Part shown: positions 14,331 through 26,700 of the stretch, in pieces
Position numbering within the stretch: position 1 is the first letter of the stretch
Layout of the letters: each line of letters begins with the position of its first letter
NCBI GenBank assembly: GCA_037447605.1
Contig: CM074805.1
Span: 4,125,361-4,189,360 of the forward strand
Length of the DNA stretch: 64,000 nt
Direction: 5' to 3'
Source: Zygnema circumcarinatum SAG 698-1b
Lineage: Eukaryota > Plantae > Zygnematophyceae
The notes under the pieces: model-generated
Told to the model about the DNA's origin: nothing
The model's input: the letters and a program-made list of their open reading frames with translations, nothing else
Databases searched by the model: none
Position numbers and translations under genes: made by a program

Positions 14331-14916
14331 CAGTAGGGGGTCCTCATATTTTCCACCCTGGTTCCGGCCAATATGAGGCGAAAATATTAATTTTGCATAT
14401 ATAAGGTTTGTGTTACGAATAGTCGGGTGGTATTATGTTAGAGTTCATGTTAGACCGTACATATCGTACCGTATGATATCGTACCGTATCGTACTGTCTC
14501 GTTTGGTATCGTATCGTATCGTGCCATATCGTGACGCATAGACGTAGTTTTCCGCTTTCTGTTGTTCGTCTCAGCTCGTACGGCTCGTACGGACAATACC
14601 ATATCGGGGCGTTTCGTATCGTATCTCCTAGTATCGTAAAGTATCGTACCGATCATTTCGTATCGTATCGTATCGAAGCCAGGAAGAAGGGGAGAAGAGC
14701 GAGCGCCTCTTACGGCGGCACGAGCGGGGAGATTAGGTGAGTTTTGCGTAAGCCCGTAACGGCTAGTACAGATAGTATGGCTAGTACGGTTAGTACGAAC
14801 AGTACGAATAGTACGGCTAACACAAGTTACCGTACAAAAAGGTGGTTTCGGCAAAATCGGGGCGAAAATATTGAGGACGCACTCCTTAGGGTGGTAAATA
14901 CGAGGACCCCCCACTG
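14331..14916. mobile_element. Non-autonomous Tc1/mariner-type MITE (586 bp)
   Basis: 29 bp TIRs CAGTAGGGGGTCCTCATATTTTCCACCCT and AGGGTGGTAAATACGAGGACCCCCCACTG (3 mismatches), TA on both sides (14329-30, 14917-18), CAGT..ACTG termini, GTATC/CGTAC-rich interior, no transposase. Confidence 0.85.
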
Positions 14917-15465
14917 TAATGCGTTGTTGGAGACCGTACGGGGTTCCGGTGTCACGGTGTCACGTTATATGGGATCGCTTTTAACGTGCGAAAAAATAAA
15001 ATAAAAAATAACTTACTCTTTTTAAGATTTTGTAGATGAACGCTTTAGTAACTCTACAATAGCTTGGACATTGGCATGGTCGTTAATTTTTATACCCAAT
15101 GACATACAATCATCCAAAATAGATTTTAGGTTTTTTTGAGCCGATTGCATTGAAAATATTTGTATTTGTCCTAACATGTTTTGTTAAATGCTTTACTTGT
15201 AGAATATCGTTATCTAATTTCCAAAATAAAAAGGATATCACACATTCTGCATAAGGGATTGGCTTGCATAGAGGATGAATTAGATTGCACAAGTAATAAA
15301 TTGGTTCATTGTGGAATTATGCGATAAAACGGTTGCAGACGTAATGCAGTGGTTTGTGTTAGTAAACACCAACTTTGCTACGTATTTTTTGTGCAACATA
15401 AGGCAAAACGAAAATACTTTAACCTGAGAAAGAGGAAGGGAGAAGGAGGCAAAGTGTAACTAACT

Positions 15466-15537
15466 TGTTAACTGCGAGGTTCGAACGCAGGACCTCCTGA
15501 TAGAAGCGTAGGTGCTTTACCATTAAAATGCAACCGC
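15466..15537 (-). other. Degenerate tRNA-like / SINE-head-like sequence
   Basis: Minus strand reads TTTAATGGTAAAGCACC...GGTCCTGCGTTCGAACCTCGCAG: A-box-like and B-box (GTTCGAAC) motifs with a T-arm-like stem. The acceptor and anticodon stems are not intact. Confidence 0.35.
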
Positions 15538-16323
15538 GAATGTAAAATGGCTCGTACAAAAAATATATAACGTTTTGCTACACAAAGATAAAGAGGAGAG
15601 TTTCCAAAGAGAAAGACAGACAGAGAGAGAGAGTAACGAACGGTGATCTGTTGTGGTGCGATCTAAGATAGAATCGACGGCTGAGATGAACTGCACGTGT
15701 GAAGAACGCACACCCGCGACCGATCTCGTGGCGGACGGATCTTCCGCTCCGAGCGGATTGTGAAAAAAAACTGCCCGACTGAAAACGGGTGCGTGTCGAT
15801 TCCAAAAAAGTGTGAAAAGAGCATTTTCTGTTGTTAATCCTTTTTTCCTATTTTAAAATCTGCCCGGCGAAAAAGGACTGTGTGTAGACAAAAAAGGTGT
15901 GAGAATAGAATTTTCCCAAATAATAATGTGGACCAATGTAGTGCTAAGGACAACACCCTCTCCATGTGCGATTGCTATTGCATAGGAACAGTCCTGCGTT
16001 TCTGCCCGTTCGCAGCCACGCTGCTGTTTCACGGTCAACGGCGAAGCATGGAAACGCGCGGCGCGCCCGTCTGTCTCGAAGCGGTCGAAAGGCGTCGAAG
16101 CGGTCGCCCTCCCTCCGCCACTTCAGCGCCGCAGAACGGGCCGGCCGCTGCTGCAAGGGGGAGGAGGGGGGGGGTATCTCTCCCTATATAATGGTAGCCA
16201 TGGCATATGCCGCTTTCAGAAGGCAGGAGGTCACTTCAGCTCTTGCTAGACAAACTTCAGGGTTTGTCTTTCACTATCTTTGGCCGTTCCTCGTTTCTGC
16301 CTCTTGTGTTTCAGTGCTGAGGG

Positions 16324-18460
16324 ATGGGAAAGCCGGAGCTTTTGATATACAGTTTTGTTGCGCGAGGAAAGGTTATCATTGCAGAGTACACGGCCTACTC
16401 TGGAAACTTTACGGCTATTGCAGCGCAGTGTTTGGAGAAGCTGCCACTGAACTCTGGCAGCAGTAAATTCACGTATCCGGGAGACGGTCGGAACTTCAAC
16501 TTCTTGGTAGAGAAAGGGCTCGGTACGAGCCGTTTCTCAATATCAAATCACCAGTGAAAAAAAATTGGCAGTGAAAAAAAATTGGCAGTGAAAAAAATCT
16601 ACAACGCATTCCATTGAGACACGTTTTTTGTTAGCCTCGCAACGACGGTCTGCTATTTAGATGAATAAGTTGACAATTAGAAATAATCACATTATATCAG
16701 CACTTGTTTTAATTCATAGCAAACCGGAATTCTTTTACAATAATCTGCCCATTGATATGTTAATGCATGGAGGGATCAGTAGGTAGGAGCGGGGAGGGAG
16801 CAGGAGGGATGCCCTTGATTGCTCTTTGACGAGGATGATACATGCGTGTTCCTGCATGAGTTGCAGATTACGTTTACGGACCGCTTATGACATTTTTTTG
16901 CTGATCTTTATTCTTTTTGAACAGTCTACTTTGTGCTAAGTGATGAAAGCTACGGAAAAACTCTGCCGTTCACTTTCCTTGCGCGCATCAAGGATGAATT
17001 TCAACGGAAATTCGCCTCAAAAGCGGAAAATGCGCCGGCCGGAAGCCTCAGCAAAGACTTCGGGTGCGCCATTCTCCCTACTCGTTCCAATTGCCTACAC
17101 TCTCTACTACGTATCTCTCCCTTTCTTTCTCTCGCCCCCCTCTCTCTCGTTTTCTTACGATAGATTAAATTAAAGCAAGCCATATCTGACATCTCTGTGT
17201 ATCTCTGTTATTGTACGCCAGTTCCTCCTGTTGTGAGAGAAATTGTAATTCTGCGATTGAGCAATTTCAGGAAGCTTGTGCTACCCCCTAGGTTTGTTTT
17301 GGATGATGGTCAAGTGTAGATAAATATTGGCTTCATGGTTCCATTTCCAGGCCAAAGCTGAAGGAGGAAATGAAGTTTTGCGAAGAAAATCCGCAGGAGC
17401 TGGACAGGATCACACAAGTTAAGGCTGAAGTCACGGCTGTGAAGGGAGTGATCATGCAAAACATTGAAAAGGTGAGGGCATCTCTTTCTTCGGAATGTTG
17501 TGTTGTTTCTCCTGTGTGCGGTAGCAGCAGCAGCAGTTGTGGAAGGCCAACGGAAACGTCTGCCGCTGAAAGTAGTACTGCAATGTTGACCAGAGTAAAC
17601 GTTCGAAAGTTTTGAGGACGAACGAACGAACTGACCATTCACTGAAAATTGCAAATTCAAACTTGTTCCAATTAGTTTTAGGAACTTTTTCCATAATACC
17701 ACCAAAGTAATCGTCGAATCAATCTTGGACGACCAAATAAAAGAGCATGCTGTCTGGCAAAAAAGATTTTTTTGCTCGATATACAGAAAGATAGTTGAAA
17801 TTGTCTGAATGATTCGGCGTTTCAAACATGCTTTTGAATAATCTCAACATTGCATCCTCTCTCTGTGTAATGTTTATGCCACTCTATGCCATGCTCTCAT
17901 GCAATTTTCCAGAAATCAAAAGAAGCTATGCTCCTTCCCCCTTTTTTTTGGCAGCTTTTGGAGCGCGGCGAGAAGCTGGAGGTGTTGGTGGACAGAACAG
18001 ATTTGCTTAGGAGCGGGGTGAGTTCCTACAAAACGCGATGTTTAACTATTCGACGGTTTTTATTGCTAAGGACTGTGATAGAGAGTGCTTTCAGATCGGG
18101 AGATTGTTCGTATTCTCACATAGAAAAAAAGGCATACCCCATTGGTGTTCCAAACACTCTGAAAGGTCCTGCTTGCGTTTATCTGCACATCAACTTATGG
18201 GAAGTTTTTTAGCTTTCTGAAAACCTCAGCGACAATGTCCCAGTGTCTGTTATGGGGGGGGGTCTACCACAATAACCCTTTTTAACCCTTTTCCCCTCGC
18301 AAAAAATATGCAGGCTGAGAACTTCCAACGACAAGGCAAATCCCTCCAAAATAAGATGTGGTGGGAAAACGCCAAAGCCAAGGTCATGATTCTGCTCATT
18401 CTGATCATAGTGGCCATCATCATTTGGCTGACCGCCTGCAAAGGATTCGTGTGCCACTGA
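16324..18460 (+). CDS. VAMP72: Longin-type R-SNARE, VAMP72 family; 5 exons (16324-16522, 16925-17063, 17351-17471, 17955-18017, 18314-18460)
   Basis: [35 protein letters not shown] longin domain; SNARE motif [18 protein letters not shown]|[19 protein letters not shown]; [10 protein letters not shown] followed by a TM helix and CKGFVC tail. Confidence 0.95.
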
Positions 18461-19293
18461 TGCGAATTGACGCCCTGGACAAGCCCATAAACATGTTACA
18501 TCATATTTCGCAGATGAACTTTTCACACGTAGAGCGGGCATGAGATTGGTACTCGATGTTGACCGGTTGTAACAGATGTTGATGGCTGCATCAACATGCT
18601 GAGAGTGAGCGAGTTAGTCGCTACCTCCCTTCGTAGAAGATGGGCCTACTGAGTGGGTCTGAAGCTGAAATTGAAATTGGAACGCGACAGATTGTAGCCT
18701 CTCAGATTAAGTATTCGATAATTTGCTTATTTTTTTCGACGTTGAATTTCGTGTTGATTGTTTACCATAAAGAAAGGCACATTCAGATTTTTGTGATCCA
18801 TTTTCACCTGTTGTCTTGACTAGCGATTTGTTGAACAACATTGAAGCTTGCTTCTGGGTAGGTTGAGCGTCCCTTTGTCAACGAAAGAGCGTTTTTTAAA
18901 CCTTCACCTTACCAATGGGTTCACCCACGTTTGCTTTCAAACGTCACAGATGGCACTTGTAAAATCTAAAGAAAGGGCAGAATCAACACTAAATACTCCA
19001 AAGTCGGTCGTTTCCTCGTCAACAAACAAAAAGATGCCACCGCAGAAAAAAATCACCTAAAAGATCAATACCAAACTTAAAAATGAATTCCCTTATAACA
19101 AATAACTTGGAATTCCTGAAGCTCACCCTCTTGAGAAACGAGAACAGGCGAAGGGAGGACAAAACCTAGCAATCATTGAAAGCCCTTGGGTTGAGGGTTG
19201 GGGTTTTAAGGTTTAGCTATATACAAGCATTAAGCAAAAAGCATGTACATGCCATTCAGGACTTTGAGAATTCGCCCAATCCGCAGCCCATCC

Positions 19294-22200
19294 TCATCCA
19301 GCAGCTTCCTCAGCAATGGGATCCTTCGCTTCGTCGTTGTGGGTAGTACTCCCCTTGGTGGGCCCCACAGAGGAGCTGGCTTCTGCTCCGCTGCCATTTG
19401 GCTTCCCAGCCGCTTCATTTTGAGGGGCTGCCTCCGCCTTGCTACTGCTGCCGGGCATGTTAGCTCTACTCCGAAGCGCCTCAAAGGCGCTCATACTCTC
19501 CTGATCAAAGCCTCCTGCAAACTGCAACACGAATGCAAAAGGATCGAAATGATGAGATAAGGGAAGGAGTGCACCTATCGTGTGCGAGAGGACTTGGAAA
19601 GACGGGGACTATTCGTCAAGTGTGACCGAATGAGGTATGGAGAGGAGGAAATCATGCTAGTGCCGAGTCTCCGGCAGCTCACCTGGTGGACTCTAAACGC
19701 AAAGCGCACGCCTTGCAGCAACAGGAATTCACGGAGAGGCTCAGTCTCCTGCTGCTTGCCCAGCTTGTCCAGCTCTTCTGTCACACACTTCATATAGCGC
19801 CGAGCAAGCTTTACCGAGTTCTCCTTGATCTGAAGCATGGAAAGCATGCAACCTCAGGATCCGAACATCAAAAAAATAAAAAAAAGGCAACAAGCTGATT
19901 TCCAGATTACGACAGTTCCCAGTAGAGCTAAGACTGATTAGAAATACATGTTCTGATTGTTACTTTGACAGTGAGGTTTTCCTTCCACGGGCTCCCCTGA
20001 AACCCTTAAGAAAATCAATTGTCCTCCACATGCTTCGTTTCTTTTCGGTATACTATGGTTAGTTGATGTGCACCTTGCCAACGAGGCCAGCATCGGTCAT
20101 CCACTGTGTTGGAAGTTTCAATTCTCTGCAGCGAACCATGGCGGTATCTCTATTGCGAAGAAGCGCCATGATGTTCTGCTCCGCCCTGGAGACATCACAT
20201 ACAAGACACGACCCATTAGTTATGGCTGCCACTTCAACATGGAATAAAGTCAAAGTCAAATCCTGGCCCTCTCAATGGTGGAGATTTCGAAGCAAATGCC
20301 GTAAAGAGTTTCACTACGCAAGGCCAAGCCAAATTTTGGAATGCAAGTGGTCATGGAGACGAAAGATAAAGTACCCTTCCCACATGTACGAACACAACAA
20401 TCTCCAACTTATTCAGAAATGTCAAATAGACGATTGTTTTTCAGGGGAAGGAAGAGGGTTTCCACACCCAGAGACGGCTGCTGTTGCGGCTTATTTTATA
20501 TGGAATAAATCCACAGTTACACTCCCAGCACTATGATGCAATTCTGAGCTAGTGAGAACCTAAATACACAAAAAGGCTTCAATGTTTGTAAATTCCATAA
20601 AACATTACACATGCTGAATAGATGACGTTTAGATCACGGAATTACGAAACTCCAGCAATACACGACGAGCATCAGATTTAAAGCAGACTCGTCTCTTCAT
20701 GCAACATTGCATCCGTGGCGCATAACGTCATTCGTTCTCTGATGAATAACCCCTCTTACACAGAACATTACCACAAAAAGTTCGCAGAAAATGACACTAC
20801 CAAAGGTGGACAAATGGCTCACTTTTCCAACATAGCCTGCATTTGTTTGAGGGCCGAGTCCAATGGTACTTGTGGATCATCCTCCCCACAGTCTCTGACT
20901 TCCTGCTCAAGGCGTTGGAGGTCAAGGTATTCAAACGCTGCTTCTCGCATGGCGTCTGCTTTAGCATCCGGCCAGTCAAAGTGTTTCAGTACTGCACGTT
21001 CATCGACCTGGTTCAAACAAAACAAAGAACCCCGCACCACTTTCCCATGAGAGCAGCGATGGTTCACCAACACATCTAATAGAAGATCTGAATAATGGAA
21101 GAAATTTGTCGCTCCAAAAACAACTGTCTTCTCAATCTTACAAAAGTCACTACGGCTTGGCTGTGTGGTTCAACTGGAAATGCGGGTAGTTAACGCCATT
21201 AGCAAGAAGGTCGTTGTAGAGAACATAGAGGAGGCATTGAACGGTAATGGGGCATCCATACGAGCACTCCCAAAGTACAGCTCTTGGGGGACACACACAG
21301 CTATCACTGAGGTTACCGTAGTCCTAGTGCTATAAGAGTTGCCAGGGCCAGGATGCCCATCACTCACCAGGAAGGAAAGCTCCTCGTCCAGCCAGCTCAC
21401 GAAGGCCACCACATCATTTATATCGGTGTAAGCGGCATCTCTCACAGCCTTCCCCAATGAATTCACAAAATCCCCTTGCGTTTCCACATCGTGCTTGACC
21501 TGATACACAGAAACCACATGTGATTCTCCCCTTCTATGAGAAAGAGCAGCCACTGTACACATACAGTCCTGTCAAGCACACTAGGACTAGTATGTGTACT
21601 ACATACTACTTATACATAAATAGGCAGCAACCAAACGATAATGCGGATAATTGCAACCGATAGAATTGGGCTGGAAGAACTCACGGCCAGCAAGTGGGAA
21701 GATCGATTCTCAATCTCTCCAATCATGTTATTCCGGGCGTCTGAGAAACTTTTCCCACTTGTGCTTTCACCACTTGACACTGTCGTAACACCGTTCTCTT
21801 TCTTCATGAGAGCCTGGTAAAACGACACCAATTCAGGTGCCCTGTGCATTCCACTGCCCCCTTTTCCCTTTCCACCTTTTTTGAAAGGGGGAGGCGGTGG
21901 AGGTGGGGCACCTGGGGGGCCTGGGGGGCCTGGTGGCTTTGGAGGTCCTCCTGCAAGGCGAAGAGGAGGCGGAGGAGGTGGTGGAGGAGGGGGGCCGCTG
22001 CTATTTCCAGCCGCTTTTGGGCCGCTAAGGGGAGGGCCACCAGGGACCGGTCCTGAACTGGGAGGTGGAGGGGGCCTGGCAACCCTCGGTTCCCTTTTCT
22101 CAAACTCTGCAACAGCAGGGGCCTTCTTTGGAACCGCTGGAAGTGCTTTACCCTTACTCTGGTCATCATTCACCACCCTTCTTTCTGTACCGGGTCCTAA

Positions 22201-25200
22201 CATATTCCCCAATAACGGGAACAGTCGCTGAGCATCGGGACCTTTCTTTGATCTTAATGACAATGACGAGCTCTTGGAGGGTCTTTTGCTCCTATCCTGT
22301 GATGGTTCCGGCCTTGACACCTTCGTGTGTGGTTCTGGCCGAGAGACTTTTATCGCAGGCAGCTTCTGCTGCGGTTCTGCGGACGTATGGTTCGCAGCAA
22401 GTACATTCTTATTCTCCACCGATCCATTTCCTTTTTCGACAAGGTTACCTCCGCGTTCAACAGGGTTACCTCCGAGTTCAACAAGGTTACCTCGACTTTC
22501 CACAAGGTTACTTGCTCCTACTTCAATTACCTCATTAACGCCTCTCACTACCTCACTTGCATAATCCGCTATATCACTTGGACCTCCCACTTCCTCAATA
22601 TCAAAGCCAATAACATTGTCAATGCCGATCGCATCAGGCTCTGCACTTGGCTCTTGAGAGGCATCAACAGTTTCACCGTGGCCTACATCAACAGCAGCAC
22701 CTTGACCTACATCAACAGCAGGGCCTTGGCCATCAACTGCATCCTCCAGATGCCTTGACCTGCTCCTTCCCCATCCCCTGAGCTTCCTGAGGAGTTTGGA
22801 ACTCATCTTTTGCCTGTCAAACGATCCCCGACTCGACGTTTCCTCTGATATTGAGAGGCTGTCGTCAGTGTCGAGTGTTGAAGCCGAGCCAGTGGACATT
22901 GTGTCGTCATCACTCAGTGCGTCAGGCTCAGCGAGCTCCGGAGCATGCATAGCCAGCATGGTGGGAGCCACATATGATGACATCAGCTGCTTTGCCAGGT
23001 CCTGCATCCAGACCAGTCCAGACAATGTCCATGATGAGTTGGGGAGCATCATGGCTAAGAGACTCAGCTGAACAAGGCCTAGGAATTACAAGAAAGTCCT
23101 TAAAGTCTTGCTTACAAGTTCTTCACAAACATGTATTTCAAATGATTGGTAGACTATGTGCAGCTAATGTAATATAATCCTTTCCTAGTATCAATACATC
23201 CAATCTTCACAAAATCAACTTGATCTACAACCATAATGAAAAGCAAAACATAAGCCTCTACTGGGGAACGGCTTGCAATAGAACATTTAGTCTTGGATTT
23301 CCGGATTAGCAGAAAACTCCCACCTGCGACCGAGGGCTCAAATCCTTGTTCAGGTCAAGTGCAGTTGCCCTCCCAGGAGCCGCTTTTAAATTGCGCAGCT
23401 CGTAGCGTAGACAAGCGTTCACCCAACGTAGGTACACCATCTCCTCCACCTCCGTAAAACGGCCACTTTGCATGCTCTCCAGTTGGGATACCAAGTCTGC
23501 CACACGCTGCCGCAGAAGGACGGCCTCTGCTTGGAGGGTCCGTACCTCCTGAAACTGCAGCACCCTTCCACAACATTCTCATAGATGCAGGGCAATATCT
23601 GAAGTTCTGGCCAGAGGCCAGCAGTCTCGAGCTTACAGACAGCAAACACAGTGAAGCCTGATGGGCGCGGTGCTTGATCCCAACTTGGCCAGCTAGTAGA
23701 TTGAAAAACGAATTCTCATTTCTACTACCCTTTTCGCAATGGCTTCTTGGAACGGAACCTCGTGAATTTTATGAGCCAACTCATCTGCACTTCTGAGTTT
23801 GCGCTTCCTCTTTTAACATATATTAGCCAATTTGATGAAATGGTAACGAACACCCGGTTGCCAGGCATCCTATGAATTGTGTTATATTTCAAGGCCGCAG
23901 CAAACACCCTTCCACAAATTGTACCAGTTGAAATGGGCACACTCACATCTGAGCCATTAATGCGATCAAGGTGAGCTTGGTATTCGGACAACTGTACGCT
24001 CATCTTCCGCTTTTGCAGCTGAAGATCCTTGAAATTCCGTCGCAACTCCAGAAGCTCAGTCTCAGTTTCTTGAAGCTTCTGCAGCTCCGGCAGCAGACCT
24101 ACTGTCAGTTCACCCACAGCAAGGCTAATGGGCAGGCGGTGAAACGTGGCTCTTGTTATGCGATGCAAATGGGTGACGGGCTCTCATGCAAGTTCCCTGG
24201 GGAGAAAAGCGCCAGAAGCCATAATTTTGTTAATAAGCAAGTTTCGGATCCATGCAACCCTGGAATCTGTTACAGGAATAGGCAGGAAAAGCATTTCTCT
24301 CACCTGCTGGGTCCTTTCATACTCCTCCTCCTGCTCCCTCAGCTTTGCTTCCCGACTAGCTAGCTGTTCTTCTTGTGCTCTCAGCCCTGCTAACTTCTGT
24401 TTGGCCAGCAGGAGCTCTGAACTCGACGATAAATTCCAGACCTGTTTCTGTAGCTCTGCCTCCCTTGCCCGAGCTTCACTGAGGTCATTCTCCACCTTCT
24501 CTAGAACCAGCTTGTTTGCGCGGAGAACCTGCAGTGACCATCACACAACTACCAAACTGCCAAGATTAGCTAGACATACGTCACCACGAGAGTCCTGAGC
24601 CCAACTGATCAAAATTTCAACAAGTCTAATTCGCTTTCGTCTGCTTGATGACAAGGCTGTACATGATAGGTGTGATAAGAGCCTGCTATCTCCCACATCC
24701 ATTCATGCCATATGGATTATCCTATGTCTCTAATCTCTTGAAGATTGCACATAACAAATTTTACAGACATGTCATCTCAGGCACGGCGAGTCCATTTGCT
24801 AACTTTCAAAAAAACTCAACACTAGTCGACAATGCACTTGAACTAGTCAACAGTGTTGATCCCCTGTAATGCTCGCGTAACACAAAACAAGATGGTTTGA
24901 AAATTAGTTCATAAGATAAAACAACAAGCAATCCAAGTCAGAAGTGATGAAGACTACAATAAGCACATACTCTTAAAGTGGAAAAGCTTTAGACATACCT
25001 GTAGCTCCTCGTCCTGTTCGTGTACTCGCCCTCTCAGGTCCCACAGCTCCAAAGTCTCATCACTTGGTGTATTTTCCAGCTCTATGCTCTCGTCCATTTT
25101 AGGATTACTTGCCAGATTACTGTCGTAATCTCGCTCATCTGCCTCCTCAACCTCAAAGAGATCCTCCCCTGACATAAGGCTCTCAAGTTCTGGGAGGAGC

Positions 25201-25985
25201 AACGCTGAGAAGTCCGGCTCATTTTCCTGCATACATCACGGGTCGATAGTGAGGGGGAGAGTTTAACGGGTGACGAATGTACGTTTGCATGAAACACTTT
25301 AACAATGAAGTCTGCCATTCAGGGAGAGTACGAGAGGATTCAAAAAAAGTGATGAACAACCAAAGCTTTTGAAATAAGAACTTGCACATTCTATGCATAA
25401 AGTTAAGCTGTACATAGTAAAACGGAGTTCAAAAAAGACGTAGAGTGCAAGATGTCTGCTAGTCCTCACCTAAAAACGTTTCGAGAAACTGGAACAAGCA
25501 TTGGCTTAATAACCTACAGGAATATGCGCGCTAACAGAAGCAAAAGAACACTAGGCCGACATGACGGTTCAGTTCCCTCTCTCACCTTTTCTTCATTTCC
25601 TCGGCTAACTTCTGCATCCAAAAAAGCCGACAGCCGCGCAAATGCTCCAATTCAATGCCAGGAAAAATGGCACTTAACGCGAGAAAATAAAGAATCTACA
25701 AAAACGAAACAAGAACGAGTTTCTAGTGGCAATCTAGCACAACAAACAATGCCACTTTTCAAAGCGAAAGGACCATACAATGTAGCGATTCAGATAAAGA
25801 GAATTCAACACCTGTCTGATGAATGATAACAATGCAGAGTATTGCAATTTTTTGGACCTGCAAAAGAAAGAAAGGCTACAGCGGCTACCTTTTTTGGCTT
25901 TAAACGGGGCTAAACCGCGCAAAAAATTGCTGGCAACAAAGCCAGCGACAGAACAAGTGACGGCAATGGCCAAGCGGTCAGCCAT
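19294..25985 (-). CDS. CHUP1: CHLOROPLAST UNUSUAL POSITIONING 1 (chloroplast outer-envelope actin nucleator)
   Basis: N-terminal hydrophobic anchor MADRLAIAVTCSVAGF; coiled coils; RFTEVEEMVYLRWVNACLRYELRN; poly-Pro region; HRAPELVSFYQALMK, NMIGEIENRSSHLLA, VDERAVLKHFDWPDAKADAMREAAFEY and LLLQGVRFAFRVHQ|FAGGFDQESMSAFEAL. Confidence 0.96.
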
Positions 25986-26700
25986 TGTTGACCCTATTCA
26001 CAGAAATTCTTTAAAACAAAAGCAGGGAGCGAGGCCGCCCGCGCATTCGTTCCTTCCAAGCACATTCAAAGTGAGGCAAGGGCGCCTGTGCAAGGCAGGG
26101 CCTCGCCCAAACGGAGCGGATCCACCCACGCGGAGTTCAACATCAGCCCAATCATCAACTCGCGATCCCCAGCGTTCGCACTCTTGGTGGATCCAACTGG
26201 TACCCTGCTGAACCTGTGGGAGTTTAACCAAGTCGAGGTTCTAATTCATCCATAGGACAGTACAAGTGGACTTTGAACTTAACAAATCTACGAGGCAGAT
26301 CAACTTAAAAAAAACCTTCCATATGGCCGTATGCCTCCGGATGAAGAGTTGAATGCCAAGATCCAGGTCCACTCGTTGGAGGTCAAGGTTCAACCGTTAA
26401 GTAGCCGTTGCGACGAGCAAAGCCGAAAAGCGCGATTCGCGGTATCCATGTTGACGAATCAGCGTTCCACGTGGCAGATCTAGGGTCGGTGGATCCGCGA
26501 AGTCCTCCCAGGATCCGCCGTCGGCGCCGAGTTTGCAAACCGCCGGCGAGTTTGTGAACTGCGGCCAAAGTTGCAAACCAGCCAACCGCTGGCAAAGGTT
26601 CAAGCCGCACCACTCCAAACTTGAAGCAGTTTGGCTCTTGGCAGAAAGTAGCTTGGAGGGCCACTGGGCCAGCAGTAGTCAGCAGGCGTTCAGATAGAAG

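Noticed and set aside
14455-14835. CRISPR-like or coding interpretation of the GTATC/CGTAC repeats
   Set aside because: No constant repeat-spacer structure; interior of a MITE in a eukaryotic genome.
15466-15537. Functional tRNA gene
   Set aside because: Acceptor and anticodon stems do not pair; kept only as a degenerate tRNA-like element.
16551-16598. Short tandem duplications (CAGTGAAAAAAAATTGG; also 13811-13851 and 8960-8997)
   Set aside because: Ordinary slippage duplications with no further structure.
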